From Planctomycetota bacterium (GTDB lineage Bacteria; Planctomycetota; Planctomycetia; Gemmatales; HRBIN36): a stretch of DNA of 64,000 nt. The notes below the pieces were generated by a model that saw only the letters and a list, made by a program, of their open reading frames with translations, ran no database searches and was not told where the DNA came from. The stretch is taken from NCBI GenBank assembly GCA_014584395.1, contig JACTMY010000006.1:59800-123799 (forward strand), given 5' to 3'. The translations under genes and the position numbers were made by a program. Shown here one piece after another: positions 1 to 8,302 of the stretch. Every line of letters begins with the position of its first letter. Positions within the stretch are counted from its first letter, which is position 1.

Positions 1-9
1 TTATCCGCG

Positions 10-252
10 ATGAGCGACGCACGCGACGATACGCCCGCCGGGGGTCTGAACCCGAACGCCCTGTCCGTGGCGAACGCGGCCCGGCTGCTGTCGAGGGTGG
101 GCGGCGAGCGGGTGACGGAGGAGATGATCCGGGCCGACCTGGCGGCGGGCGCGCCGGCGAACGCCGACGGGACGATCAACCTGGTGCACTACGCGGCCTG
201 GCTGGTTCGACAGGCTGGAGACCGGAGACTGGAGACCGGAGGTGAAGAATGA
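10..252 (+). CDS. Phage-associated small HTH-like protein (possible small-terminase/DNA-binding paralog)
   Basis: ATG-started ORF of 80 aa in very GC-rich DNA. It has an HTH-like stretch (LSVANAARLLSRVGG) and shares the motif LVHYAAWLV / LLRYVAWLV with the next ORF. It lies upstream of the terminase large-subunit remnant. Confidence 0.4.
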   Translation: MSDARDDTPAGGLNPNALSVANAARLLSRVGGERVTEEMIRADLAAGAPANADGTINLVHYAAWLVRQAGDRRLETGGEE

Positions 253-307
253 TGACCCGAACCGTGATTGGTTTTGCTACAGCCTCCAGCCTACGGACTC
301 CAGCCTA
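212..307. repeat. Cluster of CTGGAG/CTCCAG-containing direct and inverted repeats (candidate terminase or regulator binding array, cosB-like)
   Basis: TGGAGACCGGAG occurs twice at 14-bp spacing (216-227, 230-241). CTCCAGCCTA occurs twice at 14-bp spacing (284-293, 298-307). AGGCTGGAG (212-220) is the reverse complement of CTCCAGCCT (284-292, 298-306). The array sits immediately 5' of the Nu1-position ORF. Confidence 0.35.
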
Positions 308-645
308 TGCTTGACCCGCGGCGACTGCGACCGAGCGAACTCTGCCGCCTGCTGAACTCGACCCCGCTGGGCGAGGTTCTCAACGAGTGGCAGCTGTACC
401 GCCATCGCACGCGCGCGGGCCTGCGGATCGGCGACGCCCGCCACGTCGACCTGCTGCGGTACGTCGCCTGGCTGGTGAGCATCCGGCACGCCCCGAAGCG
501 GGAGCCGGAGAGCGACCCCTACGAGACGCTGAAGGCCCGCGCCTTGGCTCAGAGCATCGCCCAGTCGATTGTCGAGCCTATTCCGACCACAAAACGATCT
601 TACCGGGCCCTTGCAACAGTGGAGCCGCTAGTGCCGATGAGCTAG
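307..645 (+). CDS. Putative phage terminase small subunit-like HTH protein (Nu1 position)
   Basis: The ORF begins with ATG at 307 (the track starts it at TTG 268). It has an N-terminal HTH-like segment (PSELCRLLNSTPLGEVLNEW). Its C-terminal part runs into the GC drop at about 650, so it may be truncated. It lies directly upstream of the GpA remnant. Confidence 0.4.
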   Translation: MLDPRRLRPSELCRLLNSTPLGEVLNEWQLYRHRTRAGLRIGDARHVDLLRYVAWLVSIRHAPKREPESDPYETLKARALAQSIAQSIVEPIPTTKRSYRALATVEPLVPMS

Positions 646-681
646 AATTCAGTCAGTTTTTCAACGGACACCGGAGACAAG

Positions 682-1182
682 TCACAGAAGCTCACAGTTA
701 TAGTCGGACGCATAAAAGATCACTACGGACGTTCCGGTTTCAGGAAGAGGTGCTCCACGAAGGTCTTCACGATCCGCCGCTTCTTTCCGTTCGACCAATT
801 TTCCTTCGGGATTAACAAAGGCGTAGTGTATCTCAATTCCGAATGTGCCATCAGCGTCGCTGCCGCCGGTGCAAGAAATGATCTGTCCAGGCACAACGCG
901 TCCATGGTCTCGGCGTAACTTGGCGCGATAATATGAGCGCAAAGCCAGAGCTGCACAAAGGCCCGCCAAGGCCATGAAGAAAAACCCTCCAACGAGCGCA
1001 TTCTGATTTCCTCCTTCCTGCCTCCAATTCGCACCAAAGTAAAACAGCGCCACTAACACAAAGAACACGATGCCGGTGCAGGCTACCCTCGTTGTATTCC
1101 AAAGAGAACCAGGAATCGCACAGTTTCCTGCCAAGAAATCGCGGTTTTCCGGGTGAAATACAAAAATGTCCTTGTACATCAT
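682..1182 (-). CDS. DUF3592-like membrane protein (two N-terminal TM helices plus a beta-rich C-terminal domain)
   Basis: 166-aa ORF in a clearly lower-GC patch (about 650-1380). It has two hydrophobic helices (GIVFFVLVALFYFG; VGGFFFMALAGLCAALAL). The C-terminal domain resembles DUF3592, a call made from memory. Confidence 0.5.
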   Translation of the reverse strand: MMYKDIFVFHPENRDFLAGNCAIPGSLWNTTRVACTGIVFFVLVALFYFGANWRQEGGNQNALVGGFFFMALAGLCAALALRSYYRAKLRRDHGRVVPGQIISCTGGSDADGTFGIEIHYAFVNPEGKLVERKEAADREDLRGAPLPETGTSVVIFYASDYNCELL

Positions 1183-1380
1183 GTTCCTGCTCCCACAACC
1201 GAACCACTGTCTCTGTCACCGCCTTCAGGGCTGCGGTGTTTGGCAACCCGCATAGGCGAAGACTCAACTAATGTGTTTCCCGAAATAAAAGTTGCATTTG
1301 GTAAAAGAGTTTCCGCGCAATCGCACCTCGGTAGCAAGTTTAGCTCACTCTTTGGCCCTCCACAAAAACGCGATAGATGA

Positions 1381-2173
1381 GATGTTGGCACACAATCGCT
1401 GGCAGACTTCACCGGCTACGTCATCGACTACGGCACCTACCCGGACCAGAAGCGGCCGTACTTCACGCTCCGCGACGCCCGGCACACGCTGGCCGTCGCG
1501 ACCAAGGCCAGCGGCCTGGGGGGGGGCGATCTACGCCGGCTTGGAGACGCTGACCCAGGACTACCTCGGCCGCGAGTGGCGGCGGGACGACGGGGCGATG
1601 CTGCGGATCGAGCGCTGCCTCATCGACGCCAACTGGGGCTCCTCGACCGACATCGTTTACCAGTTCTGCCGGCAGTCGGCGTTCGCCGGGATCGTCCTGC
1701 CGAGCCACGGGCGCTTCGTCGGCGCCTCAAGCCAGCCGTTCTCCGAGTACAGGCGGAAACCCGGCGACCGCGTGGGGCACAACTGGCGAATGCCCAACGT
1801 GCAAGGCAAGCGGGCCGTGCGCCATGTGCTGTACGACACGAACTACTGGAAGTCGTTTATCCACGCGCGGCTGGCGGTGCCGATGGGCGAGCGGGGCTGC
1901 CTGTCGCTCTTCGGCGACAAGCCCGAGCAGCATCGCTTGTTCGCCGACCATCTCACCGCCGAGTACCGCGTGAAGACCGAGGGGCGCGGCCGCACGGTCG
2001 ATGAATGGAAGCTGCGGCCGGAGCGTGCCGACAACCACTGGCTTGACTGCCTCGTGGTCTGCGCCGTGGCGGCGTCGATTCAAGGGGCCGTGCTCTTCGG
2101 CACGGACGGCCAGGCGCCAGCGAAGCGCGAGCGCGTCAGCTTAGCCGAACTCCAGCGGAGGAGGCGGCGATGA
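1381..2173 (+). pseudogene. Phage terminase large subunit (lambda GpA family), C-terminal half only, frameshifted
   Basis: The translation IDANWGSSTDIVYQFCRQS...HNWRMPNVQGKRAVRHVLYDTNYWKSF...WKLRPERADNHWLDCLVVCAVAA is typical of the GpA C-terminal (nuclease) half. The upstream homologous part (ADFTGYVIDYGTYPDQKRPYFTL) is in another frame, and the frame change coincides with a run of 9 G at 1518-1526. The ATPase half is absent. Confidence 0.8.
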
Positions 2174-2370
2174 GCATGATGCGGCCCAAGCGAGATGAGC
2201 TGGGCATCCGCTGCCCGCGGTGCGGCTGCCGGCATCTTAAGACCACCCACACCGAACCGCTGCGCAACGGCCGCATTCGCCGCCGGAAAGTCTGCCGCCA
2301 TTGCGGTCGGAAGATGGTCACATTCGAGGCCCCGCCTGCCGTTCTCCAGGGGCCGGATTGCTACAGGTAG
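2170..2370 (+). CDS. Small C4 zinc-ribbon protein (Ogr/Delta-like)
   Basis: 66 aa with CPRCGC...CRHCG followed by VTFE. Its ATG overlaps the terminase stop (ATGA), which implies co-transcription with the packaging genes. Confidence 0.55.
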   Translation: MSMMRPKRDELGIRCPRCGCRHLKTTHTEPLRNGRIRRRKVCRHCGRKMVTFEAPPAVLQGPDCYR

Positions 2371-2472
2371 CAAGCTGCCCTTCTTTTTCTTCGCTCGCTG
2401 CGTCATCTCGCGCCCGAATTGCAAAGGTCTATCTGTAGAGGCCGGCGTCCCGCCTTTCACGGAGCGACATTC

Positions 2473-2670
2473 ATGGCCGACGAACTCGACGACACGATTC
2501 GCCAGAACGCCCAGGGGCCGGCCAAGGCCTCCGGCGACGCCGGCAGCGTCGAGCAGCACCCGCTGCCCGACCAGATCGAGGCGGACCGCTACCTCGCCGC
2601 AAAAGAGGCCGCCAAGGACAAGAAACGCGGCCTGCGCTTCAACAAGTTCGTGCCGCCAGGGGCCAACTGA
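2473..2670 (+). CDS. Phage head-tail joining (gpW-position) small protein
   Basis: 65 aa starting MADELDD, with a GGAG motif upstream. It lies between terminase and portal as gpW does in lambda, and has a C-terminal RGLRFNKFVPPGA tail. The assignment is mainly positional. Confidence 0.45.
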   Translation: MADELDDTIRQNAQGPAKASGDAGSVEQHPLPDQIEADRYLAAKEAAKDKKRGLRFNKFVPPGAN

Positions 2671-3040
2671 GTGTTCCGTTGGTTGTCCAATCTGTTCACG
2701 CCCAGAGCCGTGGGACATTCCCCACGTCGCGCTCCCCGGCTGCTCCGTGCTCGCTACGACGCGGCCGTGACCACGGACGACAACCGCCGGCACTGGGCCA
2801 ACGCGGATGGCCTGTCCGCCCATGCTGCTAACAGCGCCGAGGTCCGGCGCATCCTGCGGAACCGAGCGCGTTACGAGGCCGCCAATAACAGCTACACGCC
2901 CGCGGCATCGTCCTGACGCTGGCCAATGACGTGATCGGCACCGGCTCGCGACTCCCACTGCTCTCCGACAAGCCCGAAACGAACCGGCGAATGGAGTACG
3001 AGTCGGCGCGATCGGCGACAACCAGGTGGTTGCTTGAGAA
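2671..3040 (+). pseudogene. Phage portal protein (lambda family), N-terminal fragment, frameshifted and truncated
   Basis: YDAAVTTDDNRRHWANADGLSAHAANSAEVRRILRNRARYEAANNSY matches the lambda-type portal N-terminus. The homology continues in another frame (RGIVLTLANDVIGTGSRLPLLSD) and stops at the GC drop near 3040. Confidence 0.7.
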
Positions 3041-3070
3041 GAAAACAACGTCCGATCATTCTCGGATGAG

Positions 3071-4414
3071 TCAGGGTTTCTTCGGAAGCTCAGCAGCGTA
3101 TGACCGCATCAGTTGCTGTAAACTGGCTTTCTCCTGCTGAGGTAGGTTGTCGATATAGTCAGCTTCCCAGAACAAGATCTGTTTGGCTCCTAAAGCCGAC
3201 GCACGTTGCAGTTCCTGACGAAAGCTGTCTGGATTGTTGGGAACCCAAGCATAAAGCCAGACATCCACCTTCCCCCCAGTAAGCTCTTTGAGATGATTAA
3301 ACGCCTTCTCAGGAGTGCCTCCCCCTGTGTAATAGCCTGCCGCCACCACAGAATCCATGAGCTTTTCTTTGGCCCATGTTGCAACATCGAGATGCAGCCC
3401 CCGGAGATTGTCCGCATATTTGGGGTTTCCACCGCGATAGCCCCAGGGATGATGCACCATCACGGCAATAGGCAACCCAGGTTGGAGTCGATCGCACAGT
3501 TTTCGGACCGCACGCATGAACTCGGTGTAGGGTTCCGCCCGATGACGCACCCAGCGCTCATCATCGTTGGGCAAATCGCGAGGATCAATTTTGAACGATT
3601 GCTTGAAACGATCAATCAGAATTTGTTCATATCCATAAACAGCGTGTCCTGATTGATCCACTTGCAAATCTCGGACATCGCCAGTGCGAATCCAATCGAT
3701 GAAAATGCCATCGAAGCGATATTTCTCCAGCAACTCCTTGACGATCGACAGCTTATAGTCTCGAACCTCTGGCCAAGCGAAACTCAGCTGACTGCGAAAA
3801 AACGTGCCATCTTTCCGCCGCCAGCGATGTTCGGGATGCCGTAGAGTATACCGGCTCGGCCAGCCCCAGCCATGATCATCTTCGTTGAGGGTTAGCCATG
3901 CATGAACTTCAATTCCGATCTGGTGGCCATATTTCACAGCCTCCGCAGTGTAATCAATGGAATCATAGTGATAGCGCTCGCGAATTTTCTTAAGCATTGC
4001 CTCGTTTTTCGCAGCCCCTGCGATTCCGACCTCCTCAGGTTTCGGATTGAAATAATTGTCTGCCACCGGCATTCCCATTGGATCCATCAAGTTGCTAGGG
4101 TACAGCGATCGTCCTGCATCCAAGCACCTCCAATAGATGCGATTCCATCCGGCGGCTTTGCACATATTAAGCATGTGACGAACACCAGTGAGTTTGTCGT
4201 CAAGGCCGGGAACGTTGTCCTTGAGGATCCAGTCGGAGTGGGTCAATGGGGCACTGAGAATGAACTTCTGGTCCAGACCTTTAGGATCTTGAGACGGTGG
4301 ATTCTGAGCATAAGCCACCGTTGAGACAAGAGTCAGACCACTGACTGTGCTTAGCCAAAGGAGATAATGAAGAGGGCATATGCAGGGTATTCTTATCACG
4401 AGGAAAACTCCCAA
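3071..4414 (-). CDS. Secreted glycoside-hydrolase-like TIM-barrel protein (GHL10/DUF187-like)
   Basis: 447-aa ORF with an N-terminal signal-like segment (LLWLSTVSGLTLVSTVAYA). It has motifs such as IGIEVHAWLTL and FDGIFIDWIR. The family call is from memory. The start codon is uncertain (TTG at 4414 or a nearby GTG). Confidence 0.5.
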   Translation of the reverse strand: MGVFLVIRIPCICPLHYLLWLSTVSGLTLVSTVAYAQNPPSQDPKGLDQKFILSAPLTHSDWILKDNVPGLDDKLTGVRHMLNMCKAAGWNRIYWRCLDAGRSLYPSNLMDPMGMPVADNYFNPKPEEVGIAGAAKNEAMLKKIRERYHYDSIDYTAEAVKYGHQIGIEVHAWLTLNEDDHGWGWPSRYTLRHPEHRWRRKDGTFFRSQLSFAWPEVRDYKLSIVKELLEKYRFDGIFIDWIRTGDVRDLQVDQSGHAVYGYEQILIDRFKQSFKIDPRDLPNDDERWVRHRAEPYTEFMRAVRKLCDRLQPGLPIAVMVHHPWGYRGGNPKYADNLRGLHLDVATWAKEKLMDSVVAAGYYTGGGTPEKAFNHLKELTGGKVDVWLYAWVPNNPDSFRQELQRASALGAKQILFWEADYIDNLPQQEKASLQQLMRSYAAELPKKP

Positions 4415-4630
4415 TGCTTAAAAGTTGGCGTTCGATAACCTCGTCTGGGCCTAGGATCCAGAAACTGCTTCAATCCATCGCAACAATGATACTAAGCATA
4501 CTGGCCGAGCCGCTGGCCGGCATCCCGGTCAAGCTGCTGGGACAACACTGCCAAGGTCAAGGCTCAAAGCGACATGTTCGACTTGTTAATGTTTGAACTG
4601 ATTCAAGAAGCCTTCACCAAAAACGTTATC

Positions 4631-5119
4631 TTACAAGCCTTCCGCCCAGCGTTTCACGGTATCAGCATGCATTTGCCAAGCACTCCAGACAGAACGGGCC
4701 CATCCTTGAACCCTGCGGATATGATCCTCGAGATCCGTAGCATGGCAGATGTCTCGGATGGTGATGGTGCCCAGATCTTGAGGCGGTGTTAACCAACAAA
4801 ATCCGCCACGTTTGACCGCTTTGCCGATCTGGATGGTGATTGCCTTGGCCGGTAATCCTTTCTCGATCCGTGAACAGAGCCCAATGAGATGGATCGCCAC
4901 CGATTGGGTAGACTGACGAGATTCCGTTCCTGGGTGTTGGGCGGCGTAAGCATCGACGATGAGACGATGGATCTCGGGTTCGTTGAAATCCTCGTATTCC
5001 CTTGCCAAGACTTCCCCATAGGTTGTCCAACAGGCTGCTGAAGCGCCAATGTAGGGGTGGGTGGGACCGTCGCACCGATCGAACCGGGCGCGACAGCCGG
5101 GGCAAATTTCATCGTCCAT
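4631..5119 (-). CDS. DUF5946 family protein
   Basis: Taking the ATG at 5119 (GGAG upstream), the protein starts MDDEICPGCRARFDRCDGPTHPYIGASAACWTTYGEVLAREY...VDAYAAQHPG, a motif pattern characteristic of DUF5946. Confidence 0.6.
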   Translation of the reverse strand: MDDEICPGCRARFDRCDGPTHPYIGASAACWTTYGEVLAREYEDFNEPEIHRLIVDAYAAQHPGTESRQSTQSVAIHLIGLCSRIEKGLPAKAITIQIGKAVKRGGFCWLTPPQDLGTITIRDICHATDLEDHIRRVQGWARSVWSAWQMHADTVKRWAEGL

Positions 5120-5265
5120 CTCAAACTCCGTTGCCCGACGAGCCAGCAAGCGCGACAACCTCCAACACCAGACAGTCAATCTCGGTGGAAGGTTCACCGC
5201 GTCCCAAGGTGCTCAAGTAATTTGGAGGCGGCGGGTGCTGTCGAAGTTCGGGGCGTTCGTGCGGG

Positions 5266-6585
5266 TTACTTCAGCTTGAGCGTGTACTTGTAACAATCGG
5301 CGGCCGTCCACTTGGCTGGGTCGGGGTCTTCGCCGTAGGTGGTGAGATACAACTCCAGATGATGCGTTTTGCGGTCTTCGAGCAGCGAAAAATTCGAGAA
5401 CTGAATGTCGCCCTGCCCCTCACGTCGATCATCAATTAATGTCACGGTCGCTTTCATCAACAGCCCGGTTTTGTCGTCGACTTCCGCGATCACCAGCGGG
5501 TACCGAGGCGAATTGCCGCTCGGTGGTTGATTGGTGATGTTACCGAGCCAGTACAGCTTCCCGGTGATGCTGTGGCGAATCATCCGGTGGTACGACGAAG
5601 GAGAATAGAATGCCGTGCCGTCGTCATACGTCCAGATCGCCGGGGCCGAAAGCGTTTGGCCGTTGTCGTTCGAGATGCTGAAAAACTTGTGGCCAGGTAG
5701 CTTGGAGTTGGAACCACGCCAGACGACTAAGAGCCGGCCATCGGTCAGCTCGGCGACTTCGGGTTCCATCAAACCCCGGGATGATTCGTCGGGGGTAATC
5801 TCCACTCGTGCTCCCGCTCGCCAGTCGTAGTCCTTGCGGTCAGCGTTCCATTTCCCGACAAAAAGCACGGAACCCATTCGCCAAGCCCGCTGATGATTCA
5901 GTTTGTCGTGGGGAGCATTGGCGTGGGCCAAGACGGTCACGAGCGTACCGTCTTTACGGCGGAGGATGTTGTTGCCGAAGTAGCCTTCGTTGTGGTTGAG
6001 GAACGTCGCTTGGAGCGGATTCTCGCGATCAAAATCCGTGCCGTTGTTCTCGTAGCGAAGCAGTTGAGGAGCCGTCCACGTCTGTCCCAAATCTTTGGAA
6101 TAGCGGACATATGTGTGGTTGTGCCAGAGGTTCCCCTCTTGCACTTGGCGAAGCCAGAGTTGCACGAGCCAGCCGGAAGCTGGGTCATACTCACACGCGC
6201 CCTCAGTTTCATGGACAGGAATTCCTTTGATGAGTTTCTTGGAGGAGGGCACAATCTTTTTCAACTCGCTCCAGGTTTGGCCATTGTCGGAAGACCAGCG
6301 AGCCAGCACGTTGTCCGCCACGTCGCTTTCGGTTTCCTCCGCGAAGATTTCCCGCTTTTCCAGCTTAGGCCCCACGTAGGTAACGGAAACCAGCGGTGCT
6401 TGATTCGGGTTGCTTCGTTTGCGATACAGTTCTTTGTGAACCGTGACGATCGGCGTGTTCGTTTTCCAAGGTGTCTCGGTCGAGGGGCGGGGTGGTTCGG
6501 CTGCTTGCACAAGAACCGAGAACAGCAGGAGCAACGCGATGGCTCGGCGAAACAAACAGGTCAACATCGGATTCTCCAAAGCCAT
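5266..6585 (-). CDS. Secreted BNR-repeat sialidase / exo-alpha-sialidase-like glycosidase
   Basis: It has a signal peptide (AIALLLLFSVLVQA) and three Asp-box/BNR motifs (SSDNGQTWS, SKDLGQTWT, SNDNGQTLS). Confidence 0.75.
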   Translation of the reverse strand: MALENPMLTCLFRRAIALLLLFSVLVQAAEPPRPSTETPWKTNTPIVTVHKELYRKRSNPNQAPLVSVTYVGPKLEKREIFAEETESDVADNVLARWSSDNGQTWSELKKIVPSSKKLIKGIPVHETEGACEYDPASGWLVQLWLRQVQEGNLWHNHTYVRYSKDLGQTWTAPQLLRYENNGTDFDRENPLQATFLNHNEGYFGNNILRRKDGTLVTVLAHANAPHDKLNHQRAWRMGSVLFVGKWNADRKDYDWRAGARVEITPDESSRGLMEPEVAELTDGRLLVVWRGSNSKLPGHKFFSISNDNGQTLSAPAIWTYDDGTAFYSPSSYHRMIRHSITGKLYWLGNITNQPPSGNSPRYPLVIAEVDDKTGLLMKATVTLIDDRREGQGDIQFSNFSLLEDRKTHHLELYLTTYGEDPDPAKWTAADCYKYTLKLK

Positions 6586-6639
6586 GCAGTGACTACTTGT
6601 GTTGCGATTCCACTGAGTATCGGCATGCTGCGGTGATCA

Positions 6640-7281
6640 TACCCGCGGTGTTTTATTGATCTGATCTGTTAGTAGTAGTCCAAGGTCGCTGTGGCATGAC
6701 GGGCCTGCTTCGGCAACTCTGACGAACGAGTGCCCCATGCCGAAAGAGGGCGACCAAGCACATGGGCTTCGGCGTGAACCAGCCCGGCAACCGGGAGGAC
6801 GGCACCGTCGCCGAGCGGGAGAACGGCCACGGCCAACTGCGGATGGTCCTGAGCGTCTCGTCCGGCGATTCCGGCGGCGGCATCTTCCAGGCCGATACGA
6901 ACTGGTGTCGGTGGTCTGCTGCACTAGCGGCATGTCCTGCAAGGTGTCGATGTGGGGCTGCTCGGCCGAGGTCGCACGACGCACCTGCCCCAAGCCGGCC
7001 GAAGCCGACGAGGCCTGGGTACCGGTCCCCATTCCCATCTGCAAGGACGGCAAACGCACGGACACCGGCGGCGAATGGAGGCCGCACCCGATCTCGATCC
7101 GCACCGTGAGTTCAGCCACGAAGTGAGGGCCAGCGATGCACAGCTTTCAGGACAACGCCGTGCGGACCTGGACGGTGGCCATCAACGTGGCGCTGGTCAA
7201 GCGCGTCCGGGGATTGCTCGACCTAAACTCTTCAAGCTCCTGGACGACGGGGCCAAGCCGCTAGGCGAGGCGAGCTTCTAG
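6640..7281. pseudogene. Degraded GC-rich phage-derived segment (mutually overlapping broken frames; includes a MHSFQDNAVRTWTVAINVALVKRVR fragment at 7135-7281)
   Basis: There is a sharp GC rise after the sialidase gene. No single clean frame is present: the minus-strand reading MAELTVRIEIG... changes frame mid-way. The plus-strand fragment at 7135 loses its frame after about 30 codons. Phage origin is inferred from composition and context. Confidence 0.3.
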
Positions 7282-7598
7282 CCGACCCGGACAAAGCCGA
7301 CGTGTCTTCCACTCGGCCACATCCCGACCCCTCCGAGAAATCCGCCGACCGATGCGTCATCCGGCGCGCGAACTGGAAAGCTCTTCAGTAGAGGGACACA
7401 CGCCAAGACAGCAGAGATCGCGAATTCCACCACCGACGTTCGCGCGGTTCCGGTAGCTGAACAAGGGAGGGGCCGCATCGCCGTTTGAGATCTTCCAGCG
7501 ACGCGGACAACCTGTTCGCGGACGGCATAGGTAACGGTCGGGCACTGCGCATGAGGGACATCATGAACGAACCAACTCCAGACCGGGCCGGCGCGGCG

Positions 7599-7730
7599 AT
7601 GAGCGACACCGTCGCGGACGCCTGGGCCGCGTCGATCCAGGGCGTCATCCTCCCCGGCACCGGTGGACGCGAACCGGTCAAACGCGGCCGCGTCAGCTTT
7701 CGGGACTTGCAGAAGAAGTCCCGGACGTGA
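7599..7730 (+). pseudogene. Second terminase large subunit C-terminal tail fragment
   Basis: ADAWAASIQGVILPGTGGREPVKRGRVSFRDLQKKSRT* aligns with the end of the first remnant, CAVAASIQGAVLFGTDGQAPAKRERVSLAELQRRRRR* (ending at 2173). Confidence 0.5.
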
Positions 7731-7816
7731 TCAGGGCGAACGGATCCTCTCCAACCCACCGGCTTAAGACTTTTGCGGTGAATCACGCGCGAAACGACAC
7801 GATTGATCGGCGTGTT

Positions 7817-8302
7817 TCAAGTGAGGCTTGCTGATCGCTTCCAATCCATCAATTGGCCGAGGTGATACGACTCGTGGGCTGCTAGTAGGTAGACAATGAT
7901 TCGGCCAACGCTGGGTGCGAATTGATCAAACGGGGCTGGTGGAGTCTTAGAAAAGTAGTCCTGATGCTTGGCCCGGACGACGCGTTCAACAATCTCGTGT
8001 CGACGTGTCAATCGGCTAATGAGTTCTGCCTTAGTTGCGTATCTGCTGGGGTCCGCGATTGGTACGGAACCTGGGCCGTAAAGCTCCATGTCTTGATCGC
8101 CAACATCATCACATGGCTCATCGAGCAGAGTCGTTATGAACGCTGCGGCATGGGCCACATGGCTAAGCGTCCAAGCGGGGTGATTGACCAGCCCGGCGGG
8201 TTGCGCGGTCATTGCTGATTCCGGGATGCGAGCAACCGCTTCAACGAAATCGTTGAGCGAAGCTGAATACAAGTCCAAGATCCGTTCCAAGTGGTTCATC
8301 AT
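7817..8302 (-). CDS. DinB/YfiT-like metal-dependent hydrolase family protein
   Basis: 161 aa with a DinB-like four-helix pattern (HPAWTLSHVAHAA ... AHESYHLGQL). It is the last gene of a four-gene minus-strand operon. Confidence 0.7.
   Translation of the reverse strand: MMNHLERILDLYSASLNDFVEAVARIPESAMTAQPAGLVNHPAWTLSHVAHAAAFITTLLDEPCDDVGDQDMELYGPGSVPIADPSRYATKAELISRLTRRHEIVERVVRAKHQDYFSKTPPAPFDQFAPSVGRIIVYLLAAHESYHLGQLMDWKRSASLT

Noticed and set aside
6637-7126. Mutually overlapping ORFs of 115-160 aa on both strands (6637..7119, 6653..7087, 6737..7126, 6762..7109).
   Set aside because: All are Arg/Pro/Gly-rich and overlap one another. The only protein-like reading requires a frame change. 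The region is treated as decayed phage DNA rather than as genes.
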